A stretch of 64,000 nt of DNA from Chitinophaga pinensis (GCA_945897885.1 CAMDGU010000008.1:817-64816); one strand, 5' to 3'; shown: positions 40,649-50,495, numbered from the stretch's first letter. A program made the numbers and translations. Notes: generated from the letters alone by a model not told the origin.

Positions 40649-42589
40649 GTGAAGCTTTCTGTCATTATTGTTAATTACAATGTAAAATACTTTTTGGAGC
40701 AATGCCTAAAGGCGGTACAAAAAGCTATGCAAGGTATTGACGGTGATGTTTGGGTGGTTGATAATAACTCTGTGGATGGTAGTGTGGAAATGGTGGCTCA
40801 AAAATTTGATTGGGTTAAACTAATTCCAAATACTGAGAACACGGGCTTTTCCAAAGCTAACAATCAAGCAATAAAGGCTTCAGGTGGAGAGTATGTTCTT
40901 TTGCTAAATCCTGATACGGTGGTAGAGGAAGATAGTTTCAGCAAATGCCTAGCCTTTATGGACAAACATGCCGATGCAGGATCTTTGGGAGTTAGAATGG
41001 TAGATGGCAGTGGAAATTTTTTACCGGAATCAAAACGCGGACTACCCACACCTGAAGTAGCCCTATATAAAATGTTTGGGTTAAATAGGCTATTTCCAAA
41101 ATCTAAAAAATTTGGTCGGTACCATTTGGGGTTTTTACCAGAAAATGAAACTAATGAAGTAGAAGTTTTAGCAGGAGCATACATGTTCATGAGACGTGAA
41201 GCTTTAAATAAAGTGGGCTTGCTTGATGAGGCTTTTTTTATGTATGGCGAAGATATTGACCTTTCATATAGAATTATAAAAGGAGGCTATAAAAATTATT
41301 ATTTTCCGGAAACGTCTATTATCCATTATAAGGGCGAAAGTACCAAAAAAGGAAGTGCCAATTATGTAAAAATATTTTATCAGGCGATGGTTATTTTTGC
41401 CCGCAAACACTATAGCGGAAGCAAGTCCAGCTTTCTAATTTTTCTTATTAATACATTTATTTATTTAAGGGCTTTTTCAGCCCTTGTTTATAGGTTTTTT
41501 AGTCGGTGGTGGCTGCCCCTGCTTGATTTTATTTTGCTGTTTTCAGGGATGTATTTTCTTAAACTGTATTGGGAAGAGCATATCAAATTTATTAAGCATT
41601 ATCCACGTGAATTGATGACCATCCATGTGCCGTACTATATAGTATTTTGGATTGGAGTCACCTATTTTAGCTTAGGCTATCAAAAACCATTTACCCTTAA
41701 AAGCATTGTTAGGGGTATAGCCATTGGAACCATTGCTATATTGGCGGTTTATGGTTTATTTCCCGAAAATTTAAGGTTTTCAAGAGGGTTGATTATTTTG
41801 GGTTCATTGTGGGCAGTGATTGAAATGACGATGACCCGTTTGGTGGCCAATTACTTCAGCTCAGGGAAGTTCAGCCTGGCCAATATGTCTTCCAACAAGC
41901 TCATAATTGTTGGAGGAATGGATGAAACCAACAGAGTATATGAGATGCTTAAAAAATCAACCAATGCGACTAATTTTATTGGTTTTGTGCTGACGGCAAA
42001 AAAAGAAGGTGATAAAAATGTTCTGGGAACCATTCATCAGTTGGAGGAAATAGTGAGGATTTTTAAAGTAGAGGAAATTGTATTTTGCAGTAAGGATATT
42101 TCTGCTAAAAGTATTGTGGAATGGATGGTGAAACTGGGTCCTAAAAAAGTTCATTATAAAATTGCACCCGAAGCCAGTTCCTTTATTATTGGTAGCCATT
42201 CTAAAAACACAACCGGCCAGTTTTTTACTGAGGAAATATCGCTGCGTTTGGCAGATGTATCCTCGCTTCGCAGCAAGCGGTTGTTTGATTTGGTTTCCTC
42301 TCTTCTTTTAATAATTTTAAGTCCTCTTTGGTTTTTGGTTGTTAAAAATAGGGTTTGGAAATGGAATGCTTGCCTATATGTATTTTTAGGTAGAAAAACA
42401 TGGGTGGGCTATAGTCCTTCGGCACAAAATACCGTATTGCCTTCTATCAATCAAGGGGTTTTTAATACCTCACAACTTTCAAAAATTAGTATTGATGATT
42501 GTGAATTAATGGATAATTTGAATTACCAATATGCCCGCTATTATTCTCTGGAAAAGGATTGGGAAATACTTTGGAAAAATTTCTTTTAA
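40649..42589 (+). CDS. GT2 glycosyltransferase with membrane and sugar-transferase-like C-terminal domains
   Basis: SVIIVNYN, VDNNSVDGS, LLNPD, FFMYGEDID; C-terminal KRLFD motif. Confidence 0.88.
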   Translation: MKLSVIIVNYNVKYFLEQCLKAVQKAMQGIDGDVWVVDNNSVDGSVEMVAQKFDWVKLIPNTENTGFSKANNQAIKASGGEYVLLLNPDTVVEEDSFSKCLAFMDKHADAGSLGVRMVDGSGNFLPESKRGLPTPEVALYKMFGLNRLFPKSKKFGRYHLGFLPENETNEVEVLAGAYMFMRREALNKVGLLDEAFFMYGEDIDLSYRIIKGGYKNYYFPETSIIHYKGESTKKGSANYVKIFYQAMVIFARKHYSGSKSSFLIFLINTFIYLRAFSALVYRFFSRWWLPLLDFILLFSGMYFLKLYWEEHIKFIKHYPRELMTIHVPYYIVFWIGVTYFSLGYQKPFTLKSIVRGIAIGTIAILAVYGLFPENLRFSRGLIILGSLWAVIEMTMTRLVANYFSSGKFSLANMSSNKLIIVGGMDETNRVYEMLKKSTNATNFIGFVLTAKKEGDKNVLGTIHQLEEIVRIFKVEEIVFCSKDISAKSIVEWMVKLGPKKVHYKIAPEASSFIIGSHSKNTTGQFFTEEISLRLADVSSLRSKRLFDLVSSLLLIILSPLWFLVVKNRVWKWNACLYVFLGRKTWVGYSPSAQNTVLPSINQGVFNTSQLSKISIDDCELMDNLNYQYARYYSLEKDWEILWKNFF

Positions 42590-42598
42590 GTTTGCCTG

Positions 42599-43291
42599 AT
42601 GAATCAGCTTATTTTACTTCCCGGAGCCTTGGGTCATGCAGCCCAGTTTGCCAATTTAATAACGGAGTTAGAAACAAAAAATATCAATGCCTTGGCATTT
42701 GATTTAGCAGGTCACGGATTATCTCTCTATTCGGAAGAAGCTGTCACTGTTCCACTAATGGCAGAGGCTTTATTGTTAAAATTGGATGAATTGGGACTGA
42801 CTGAACCGGTTAATATTTTTGGGCATAGTTTAGGCGGTTACCTGGGTTTGTATTTATGCTTAAAAATTCCTCAAAGGGTTAAAAGTGTATTTACATTAGG
42901 TACCAAATGGCATTGGGTTTCTGAAATAGCAGATATAGAAACTTCAATGCTCAATCCTGAAAAAATGGAACAAAAAATACCAAAATATGTAGAGCATTTA
43001 AAAACGGTGCATCGTCAGGATTGGAAAATTCTTGTCAATTCGATTGCTTTTTTAATGACTGATTTAGGGCGTTATCAGTATTTGGAACCTGAAACCGTAA
43101 TGGGCATTTTTCATCCCACCCGAATAGGTTTGGGCGATAGGGATGTAATGGTTTCTCTTGACGAAACGGTCGACACTTACAAAGCTTTGCCAAATGGCCA
43201 ATTGCAGGTATTTCCGAATACCCCGCATCCTTATGAAAAAGTGGATTCCAAAAAATTAGCCAACGAAATAGCAGATTTTTTAAACCTTTAA
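42599..43291 (+). CDS. Alpha/beta hydrolase
   Basis: DLAGHG, GHSLGG, GDRD, C-terminal His. Confidence 0.88.
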   Translation: MNQLILLPGALGHAAQFANLITELETKNINALAFDLAGHGLSLYSEEAVTVPLMAEALLLKLDELGLTEPVNIFGHSLGGYLGLYLCLKIPQRVKSVFTLGTKWHWVSEIADIETSMLNPEKMEQKIPKYVEHLKTVHRQDWKILVNSIAFLMTDLGRYQYLEPETVMGIFHPTRIGLGDRDVMVSLDETVDTYKALPNGQLQVFPNTPHPYEKVDSKKLANEIADFLNL

Positions 43292-43341
43292 ACCTATTAC
43301 TTTACCAAGCGAATGGATATCAATGGTTTTTTTAATTATAA

Positions 43342-43779
43342 TTAATTTGAAAAAGTTAAAAGTTTTAAAATTAATTTATGGTTGGTATTGGCTAAATCCA
43401 AATCTTGCGTCCATCCGTAGAATTCATCTTTTTTAAGCCATCGGTTTCGTTCTAAATAAAAATTCATATTGGCAGGGGCATCATTTTTTAGTGTCTCAAA
43501 ATTGATCTTTGATGCCGTTTTGAAAATTTGCTTCGCCTCTTTTCGCTTTAGTTCTTTTACAAAGCTAATTTTTGTAACACCACCTGGAATTGTTTCAAAT
43601 TTATAAACCATTCCGTTTCTAAGAAAAACCATTTTTTCATTCATTCCTGTAATTCCGCCATACGACCCAACGGCAATATTTTTTTTGGGCAATTCATTTT
43701 CTGTCATCATCTGCGATTTGCATGAAATAAGGAATAGTAAATTTAAGATTAGAAATGTATTTACAATTATGGGTTTCAA
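43342..43779 (-). CDS. Hypothetical lipoprotein
   Basis: Lipobox LISC; GSYGGITG motif. Confidence 0.65.
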   Translation of the reverse strand: MKPIIVNTFLILNLLFLISCKSQMMTENELPKKNIAVGSYGGITGMNEKMVFLRNGMVYKFETIPGGVTKISFVKELKRKEAKQIFKTASKINFETLKNDAPANMNFYLERNRWLKKDEFYGWTQDLDLANTNHKLILKLLTFSN

Positions 43780-43907
43780 GGCATGTAAAAGGGTTTAATA
43801 AGAAATAATTTCAAAGTTTAGAAAATTAATTGTGATAACCAACCGTTTAATACAAAGCCATGAAACCTGATTTGTTTGTGACGTTAAAAAAAATAATGGT
43901 GCGCCAT

Positions 43908-44789
43908 ATGAACCGTAAATTTGTCTTCTACCTATTGGTGTTTGCCTCCTTTTCGGCAATGGCTCAGCCAAATGAGCAAGTGTCTTTAAAAGATGCCATA
44001 AAGCAAAAATTAGTTATGGTAAGCGGACAATACAATGAAGGGAGCGTTCATTATCTGAGGCCGGTAGTTTTAACATTAGTAAGCCTTGTGGCACGACCTG
44101 TAAAATTAAAAATAGAATCGGGGGATTTGATGGAACCTGCCGATTCGAGTTGCCAGACAATGATGGTAGTTCGCGACACGTTTTTTGTTATGAAGCCAAA
44201 GCAAAAAGCTGTATTACAACCTTTTGGAATGTGTATTGAACCATCCGACGGTGCAGGAAGAGCAGGTTTGAAATACAAATTTATACCTAACAAAAATGCT
44301 AAGCTTATTGAAATTGCAAAGTTTATTAATGATAACAAATACCATGACGGCGTTGGGCAACAAGCCGTTTGGTGTGTGGCAGATATGGGCAAAAATTTGT
44401 TAAATATTAATGGGTATGACTCGGTAAGTCGCCTCAAATTAATTACAAAAGTGGCAGCTATAACCGGAAAAAAAATGCCGTCAAAAAGTGAGCTAAGCCA
44501 AGGCTATGAAAATTATGTAAGAACTCCTCAGGAAACGATTGGTGGCTCGTTTGAGTTTAAATTTTCGGATTCAAAAAAGGTACATATAGCTATGTTTAAT
44601 TCTCAAGGAATAGTTGTTAGGGAAATATACTATAACGCCAACGAAAAACCCGGAGTTCATAAGGTGAATTTTGAATTTGATTATACGGTATTTACCGATG
44701 AATACTACGATATAAAACTTATAGCGAATGAAGAAGTGATGCTAACATCGCGGGTGGATAGAAATAATGATAAATGGGAGGAGGATTAA
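43908..44789 (+). CDS. Secreted hypothetical protein with thioester-domain-like Cys/Gln motifs and CTD/FlgD-like tail
   Basis: Signal peptide (ASFSAMA-Q); FGMCIEP and QQAVW; C-terminal IAMFNSQGIVVREI..PGVH. Confidence 0.55.
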   Translation: MNRKFVFYLLVFASFSAMAQPNEQVSLKDAIKQKLVMVSGQYNEGSVHYLRPVVLTLVSLVARPVKLKIESGDLMEPADSSCQTMMVVRDTFFVMKPKQKAVLQPFGMCIEPSDGAGRAGLKYKFIPNKNAKLIEIAKFINDNKYHDGVGQQAVWCVADMGKNLLNINGYDSVSRLKLITKVAAITGKKMPSKSELSQGYENYVRTPQETIGGSFEFKFSDSKKVHIAMFNSQGIVVREIYYNANEKPGVHKVNFEFDYTVFTDEYYDIKLIANEEVMLTSRVDRNNDKWEED

Positions 44790-44793
44790 AGTG

Positions 44794-44851
44794 TCGCACG
44801 GAGGCAAGGAGTTGAGGAGTTTTTTCTCTGTGACTCTGCGTCTCTGTGCGA
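44794..44851. repeat. Palindromic repeat copy 1 flanking GxxExxY
   Basis: TCGCACGGAGGCAAGGAGTTGAGGAG-TTTTTT-CTCTGTGACTCTGCGTCTCTGTGCGA. Confidence 0.85.
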
Positions 44852-44869
44852 ACCTCATTTCCTTAATCT

Positions 44870-45250
44870 CTATCTTTTATCTAGGACCAATCGGGTAATA
44901 CCATCTATTAATAAAGATACATTAAAATTAATTAATAGCCCTACTTCAATACCCGATAATCGCAAGTATGTTAAAACAACTTTGGAATGCACAGGAGCTA
45001 TAGTCTCAATTGATTTTAATTCAACAACGACGGAATTTTCAATAATTAGGTCTGCACTGAACCCGAGTTCCAAATTTATGTTATCATAAACAACCGGAAG
45101 TGGTTGTTAACGTGTAAAAGAAATACCAAGTTTGTTCAATTCATAACAGATAATTTTTTCATAAACGGATTCGAGCAAGCCAGGACCTAATTGTTCATCT
45201 ATTTTTATACAAATTCCAATGATTGTTAAAGTTAATTCAGAGTGTTTCAT
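44870..45250 (-). pseudogene. GxxExxY protein (PD-(D/E)xK-like) with an in-frame TAA at codon 48
   Basis: LGPGLLESVYE, ADLIIENSVVVELKS, YLRLSG, GLLINFN; stop at 45107-45109. Confidence 0.9.
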
Positions 45251-45274
45251 TTCCTAAAAATTGTTTAAAAAAAA

Positions 45275-45333
45275 TCGCACGGAGGCACAGAGTTTGGGAG
45301 TTTTTTTCTCCATGACTCCGCATCTCCGTGCGA
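45275..45333. repeat. Palindromic repeat copy 2 flanking GxxExxY
   Basis: TCGCACGGAGGCACAGAGTTTGGGAG-TTTTTTT-CTCCATGACTCCGCATCTCCGTGCGA. Confidence 0.85.
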
Positions 45334-45345
45334 AACTCCTTATTC

Positions 45346-45729
45346 TTAGAAAGGTAAATTTTCGTCACCAATTTCAACCTCGGCAGGTTTATTTTTTGGT
45401 GATCCGGCTAATAAAAAATCATTAACCACTATTTCGGTAATGTATTTTGTGGTGCCGTCTTTGGCTTCATAGCTGCGGTTAGTTAAGCGGCCTTCAATTG
45501 ATAAGCGGTCGCCTTTGTTTACGTATTTTTCAATAGTGTCAACCGGTTTGCCCCAAACTACCAAATTGTGCCAGGTGGTTTCTTCCACGTACTCGCCTTT
45601 TTGATTCTTGCGTTTTTCAGATGTAGCTAATGATAAAGTGGCTACTTTGTTTCCATTGTCAAAAGTTTTTACTTCTGGTTCTTTTCCTACGTTACCGTAA
45701 AGGCGTACTGAATTTCTTAATGTGTTCAT
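45346..45729 (-). CDS. ssb: Single-stranded DNA-binding protein
   Basis: NSVRLYGNVGKEPE, TWHNLVVWGK, IEGRL..RSY, C-terminal DENLPF. Confidence 0.95.
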   Translation of the reverse strand: MNTLRNSVRLYGNVGKEPEVKTFDNGNKVATLSLATSEKRKNQKGEYVEETTWHNLVVWGKPVDTIEKYVNKGDRLSIEGRLTNRSYEAKDGTTKYITEIVVNDFLLAGSPKNKPAEVEIGDENLPF

Positions 45730-45937
45730 GTTTTTTTTTAATTAAATGGTTAAATTATTTTTCGTTAATCCCTTCTTCTCTCGAAAGGCAGTACAAAGAT
45801 GTGGTGGTGGTTTTGTTCGATTCGGTTAAGAAATATTTACAGTCTTTTACAACTATTTGTAATCGTTTGTTGTCGGAAATAAATTTTAGGGTTATATTTG
45901 TGTAACTCTTTGTCAATAAAGCGTTAAAGCAAACTTT

Positions 45938-46297
45938 ATGGAAACAAAATATTGCCTAGATTGTGAAACTAAAATTTTAGGCCGGGCTGATAAAAAATTT
46001 TGCAGTGATGCCTGCCGTAATAATTACAATAATCGCCAGAACAGCGACACCACGGCCCTAATGCGAAACATTAATAATGCACTTCGGAAAAACCGCCGCA
46101 TACTTCAGGAATCTATATCCAATGAAGAGGGCAAGGCCTCGGTGCCAACAAAAAAATTAACTTCTCAAGGATTTAGTTTTGACTATTTCACACATATACT
46201 AAACACCAAAACCGGTAATACCTATTACTTTTGTTATGAATATGGCTACCGCAAACTTGACGGAGATTACTACTTAGTGGTGAAACGGGAGGAATGA
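45938..46297 (+). CDS. Conserved Zn-ribbon hypothetical protein (DUF2116-like)
   Basis: CLDC..GRADKKFCSDACRNNYNN, FCYEYGY; TATATTTG promoter at 45893-45900. Confidence 0.8.
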   Translation: METKYCLDCETKILGRADKKFCSDACRNNYNNRQNSDTTALMRNINNALRKNRRILQESISNEEGKASVPTKKLTSQGFSFDYFTHILNTKTGNTYYFCYEYGYRKLDGDYYLVVKREE

Positions 46298-46356
46298 TTA
46301 ACAGTTGATAATCTTTTAAAAAAAAATATTAAATCAGAAATGAGAGAGTTATTTAA

Positions 46357-46409
46357 CAACTACACCACAATCCCTTCCAAATCCAATAAAAAAGCTTATT
46401 CCAAAGCTA
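46357..46409 (-). repeat. Displaced duplicate of ptrB 3' end
   Basis: 49/53 nt identical to 46859-46911. Confidence 0.85.
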
Positions 46410-46481
46410 TTATTTATAAGGCGTGTTCAACCTGAACCAAATTTATTACTTTTAAGTTTTTTTGTGTAAAGATTTTTATAA

Positions 46482-46715
46482 ATGAATATACAGTTAGAAA
46501 AACTTGGATTAATAGAATGGATTTCAAAAATTAATGATTCTTCCATTATCGAAAAGATTCGAAAAATTCATGATGAATATGCCGTAACCCCTAATTGGTG
46601 GGATGAGATTTCAAGGCAGGAAAAAGAATCTATAAAAAGAGGGCTGAAAGATATTGCAGAAGGAAAGGTTCACATTCATGAAACTGCAAAGCAAGTTTAT
46701 GAGAAATACCTATAA
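46482..46715 (+). CDS. Orphan antitoxin-like (addiction module) protein
   Basis: KLGLIEWI, WWDEIS..EKESIKRGLKDI.EGKV..HE pattern typical of Bacteroidota RelE-partner antitoxins; no toxin gene follows. Confidence 0.65.
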   Translation: MNIQLEKLGLIEWISKINDSSIIEKIRKIHDEYAVTPNWWDEISRQEKESIKRGLKDIAEGKVHIHETAKQVYEKYL

Positions 46716-46832
46716 ACTACTTTATGGGTCGGTGTCATCACCGAACGAAATAAACTACTTTATCGGTCCGTTTCTTTAGCGAACGAAACAAAAAAAACTA
46801 CTTTATCGGTCGGTGTCTTCACCGAACGAAAC
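46714..46832 (+). repeat. Three tandem 38-bp REP-like units
   Basis: AAACTACTTTATSGGTCGGTGTCWTCACCGAACGAAAY at 46714, 46752 (degenerate) and 46795; internal hairpin TCGGTG/CACCGA. Confidence 0.85.
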
Positions 46833-46861
46833 AAAACCTTGAAGGTTTGAGTCAGTCCCAA

Positions 46862-48976
46862 CTATACCCCAATCCCTTCCAAGTCCAATAAAAAAGCGTA
46901 TTCCAAAGCTACTTCCTTAAACCGTTCAAATCGTCCTGAGGCTCCACCGTGGCCGGCTTCCATATTGGTAAATAATAAAATTTTGTTCGTGTCGGTTTTC
47001 AATTCACGCAATTTGGCTACCCATTTGGCAGGTTCCCAATATTGCACCTGACTATCATGAAGGCCTGTAGTTACAAGCATGGTTGGGTATTCTTTTGCTT
47101 CCACGTTGTCATAAGGGCTGTATGACTTCATATAGTCATAGTAAATCTTGTCATTCGGATTTCCCCATTCATCATACTCGCCGGTAGTAAGTGGTATTGT
47201 GTCATCCAGCATAGTAGTAACTACATCCACAAACGGAACCTGGGCTACAATACCATGCCATATTTCAGGATTCATATTTACCACTGCACCCATCAATAAT
47301 CCACCGGCACTGCCGCCCATGGCGTATAAATGGCGTTGGCTTGTATAGTTTTTAGTGATAAGGTATTTAGCACAATCAATAAAATCGGTAAATGTGTTTT
47401 TCTTTTTCAGCAATTTGCCATCTTCATACCATTGGCGACCCATTTCCTGTCCGCCACGTATGTGGGCTATGGCAAATGTAAAACCTCTGTCGAGTAAACT
47501 TAATCGCACCGAACTGAAATACACATCCATTGTGGCACCGTATGAACCATACCCGTAAAGCAATAATGGGTTTTCAGGTTTTATGCCAAAGCTTTTTTTA
47601 TATACTAATGAAATTGGAATTTGAGTTCCATCGGCAGCAGTTGCAAAATGCCTTTCCGTTTTGTAATCGTCGGCATTGTATCCGCCTACAACTTCCTGTT
47701 GTTTTAATAATTTTTTTTCGCGAGTGGTTAAATGGTAATCAAAAACACTGTTGGGAGTGGTAAGCGATGTGTAGCTAAAACGAAGCCATTCACTTTCAAA
47801 ATCGGGATTTACAGAAGTTCCTGCACTGTATACTTCTTCACCAAAATCCAAGTAATGTTCCGTTTTTTCAATCAGGTTCATCACACGTAAATGAGTAAGC
47901 CCGTTGCGGCGTTCATCCACTACCATAAAATTTTTAAACAATTCTATACCTTCCAGCAATGTATCCTCTCTATGGCCAATCACTTCCTTCCAGTTTTTCA
48001 TTCCGGTTGCGGTTTCAGGTGTTACCATAAGTTTAAAATTTTGAGCCTTATGGTTAGAGGTTACATAAAATTTATCTTCAAAATGAGCGATGCCATATTC
48101 ATGGCCTCGTTTTCGGGGTTCAAAAATTCGAAACTCACCTTTTGGATTATCAGCTTCAAGTATGCGGTATTCACTGGTAAGAGTGCTATCGCTGCCTATT
48201 ATCAAGTATTTTTTTGATTTGCTTTTGTAAACGCAGGTATTAAAGGTTTCATCCTTTTCTTCATAAACCAGTTCCGAATCTTTTACACCCAAGGTTCTTC
48301 TGAAAATTTGACAGGATCGTAAGGTTTGTTCATCTTTAACAGAGTAAAACACGTTCGTATTATCAGCTGCCCAAGTGCAACCACCGGTTGTATTTTCAAT
48401 TGTATCATTCAGCATTTCACCTGTTACAAGGTTTTTGAAATGAATGGTATAAATTCTCCTGCTTAAGGTATCCGTTCCATAAGCCAAAAGTGTATTATCC
48501 TGACTGATACTAAGACCGGCAACATCAATATAAGAAAGGCCTTCGGCCAATAAATTTACATCCAAAAGTATTTCCTCTGCATTTTCCAGCGAATCCTTTT
48601 TTCTGCAATAAACAGGATATTCCTTTTTCTCCTCAAATCGGGTATAGTACCAGTATCCGTTAGATTTATATGGCACTGACTCATCGGTTTGCTTTATTCT
48701 GCCTACTATTTCATCAAATAGTTTTGTCTGAAAATCTTCGGTATGGGCTAAAGCCTCTTTGGTATATTTATTTTCAGCTTCCAAATAGCTAATAACTTCA
48801 GGATTTTCGCGGTCATTTAGCCAGTAGTAATTATCTGTTCGTTTGTCGCCGTGCTTTTCCAAAATGGTTTCAATTTTTTTTGCCTTTGGTGCATTTTTAT
48901 AATCATTAGGCAATTGAATTTCGGGCTGTGAAGCTCGTTGTGTATTGGTGTCGGAGATGCTTTCGGGAGGTTTCAT
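46862..48976 (-). CDS. ptrB: Oligopeptidase B (S9A)
   Basis: DNYYWL, YGYGSYG, GGSAGG, HDSQVQYWEPAKW, AGHGG. Confidence 0.93.
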   Translation of the reverse strand: MKPPESISDTNTQRASQPEIQLPNDYKNAPKAKKIETILEKHGDKRTDNYYWLNDRENPEVISYLEAENKYTKEALAHTEDFQTKLFDEIVGRIKQTDESVPYKSNGYWYYTRFEEKKEYPVYCRKKDSLENAEEILLDVNLLAEGLSYIDVAGLSISQDNTLLAYGTDTLSRRIYTIHFKNLVTGEMLNDTIENTTGGCTWAADNTNVFYSVKDEQTLRSCQIFRRTLGVKDSELVYEEKDETFNTCVYKSKSKKYLIIGSDSTLTSEYRILEADNPKGEFRIFEPRKRGHEYGIAHFEDKFYVTSNHKAQNFKLMVTPETATGMKNWKEVIGHREDTLLEGIELFKNFMVVDERRNGLTHLRVMNLIEKTEHYLDFGEEVYSAGTSVNPDFESEWLRFSYTSLTTPNSVFDYHLTTREKKLLKQQEVVGGYNADDYKTERHFATAADGTQIPISLVYKKSFGIKPENPLLLYGYGSYGATMDVYFSSVRLSLLDRGFTFAIAHIRGGQEMGRQWYEDGKLLKKKNTFTDFIDCAKYLITKNYTSQRHLYAMGGSAGGLLMGAVVNMNPEIWHGIVAQVPFVDVVTTMLDDTIPLTTGEYDEWGNPNDKIYYDYMKSYSPYDNVEAKEYPTMLVTTGLHDSQVQYWEPAKWVAKLRELKTDTNKILLFTNMEAGHGGASGRFERFKEVALEYAFLLDLEGIGV

Positions 48977-49256
48977 ATGTAATTTATGCTTATTTTTAAA
49001 TTAAGGTCATTTGGTATGCCTATTATTTCATTTGTGATGGTTTGATTAACCTCGAAAAGGCATTTCATAATTCTGAGATACAAAGGTAAAGGTTAAATTG
49101 TTGATTTGTTAAGTTGCTATATTGTATGGCTCTAATATTTATGGTCTAAAATAATTTCCAAATTTCCAAATTTCCAAAATAGAATATTCGACAATACCCA
49201 TGGTAAAAAAATAAATTTTAGTTAATTGTCAACCTTCCTATTATATCTTTGAACCC

Positions 49257-49964
49257 ATGTCAAAAGGCAACTTTTATCTTATTCCCAATTTTTTGGGCGA
49301 AGGAAGTAAAGAGGATATTTCTGTAAATCAACTAAAACAAATTTATTCAATTAAGGAATTTATAGTAGAATCGGAAAAGGCCGCCAGAGCGTTTTTAAAG
49401 ACAATAGAACATCCTGTTTCCCAATCTGATTTTGTGTTTCATTTATTAAATGAACATAGCAAAGACAAGGAAGATTTAACCCCCTTTTTTAAGAGTTGCC
49501 TGAAAGGTGAAAATTTAGGATTGATAAGCGATGCCGGAATTCCATGTGTGGCCGATCCGGGAAATAGAGCGGTAACGTTTGCCCATAAAAATAAAATTAA
49601 AGTAATTCCACTGAGTGGTCCATCAAGCATATATATGGCATTAATGGCTTCAGGATTTAATGGCCAAAATTTTGTGTTTCACGGCTACTTGCCGGTGGAG
49701 CAACCCTTGAGAATAAAAAAAATTAAGGCAATGGAGCAAACGCTTTTAAGCACCGGGCAAACACAACTTTTTATGGAAACTCCTTACAGAAATGAAAAAC
49801 TACTGGAGGTATTATTAAAAAATTTAAAACCCCAAACCAAGCTTTGCGTAGCCGTAAATATAAGTAACGAAAAAGAAACTATTATAACGACAGAAGTGAT
49901 GAGCTGGAAAGCAGATACGCTAATCACCCACAAGGAGCCTGCCATTTTTTTGATAGGAGCCTAA
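49257..49964 (+). CDS. RsmI-like tetrapyrrole-family SAM-dependent methyltransferase
   Basis: LISDAGIPCVADPG, GPSS, FMETPYRN. Confidence 0.85.
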   Translation: MSKGNFYLIPNFLGEGSKEDISVNQLKQIYSIKEFIVESEKAARAFLKTIEHPVSQSDFVFHLLNEHSKDKEDLTPFFKSCLKGENLGLISDAGIPCVADPGNRAVTFAHKNKIKVIPLSGPSSIYMALMASGFNGQNFVFHGYLPVEQPLRIKKIKAMEQTLLSTGQTQLFMETPYRNEKLLEVLLKNLKPQTKLCVAVNISNEKETIITTEVMSWKADTLITHKEPAIFLIGA

Positions 49965-50019
49965 CTCCCAAATTCTCAATTTCAAATTCCCAAAACACCT
50001 TATTTTTGCAAACTTTTTT

Positions 50020-50481
50020 ATGTCAGAAAATTATACAACAATTATTGAACAGGCTATTGTAAAAATGGGTCTTAATCCTGAGGAAACCAAAGGGGAAGAA
50101 CAAGGTCAATGGCAGCTATTCAGAGGTGCTATTTGCATTTTTATAGATGTATGGAAACCCAGCCTTAATTCCGATTGGAATTATACAGGAACTGAGCATG
50201 CTGTAAATACGTTTCAGGTGATAGCGCCAATTACCGAATTAGCAGATGAATCTAAATTGTTTCAATTTTATGAAGAATTGCTGCATATGAATTTTCATTT
50301 ATACAAAGCTTCGCTAATAGTTAACCGCAGAGATAATGTACTTGCCATAAAATATAAAAGTTTGGTTGCCGGATTAACGGAGTCAGAAGTGATTGAAGCC
50401 GTTGAAAGTGTTGGGTATTATGCCGAAATGCTAACCGAGTATTTTTCCAAAAACTACGGCGTAAAAAAATTATCTGAATAA
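50020..50481 (+). CDS. YbjN-domain protein
   Basis: W.L.RG...I, FQVIAPI, FYEELLHMN, VGYYAE pattern. Confidence 0.65.
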   Translation: MSENYTTIIEQAIVKMGLNPEETKGEEQGQWQLFRGAICIFIDVWKPSLNSDWNYTGTEHAVNTFQVIAPITELADESKLFQFYEELLHMNFHLYKASLIVNRRDNVLAIKYKSLVAGLTESEVIEAVESVGYYAEMLTEYFSKNYGVKKLSE

Positions 50482-50495
50482 TTTTTTGTTTTCAG

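Noticed and set aside
46714-46832. CRISPR array
   Set aside because: The units are contiguous with no unique spacers, and there are no cas genes
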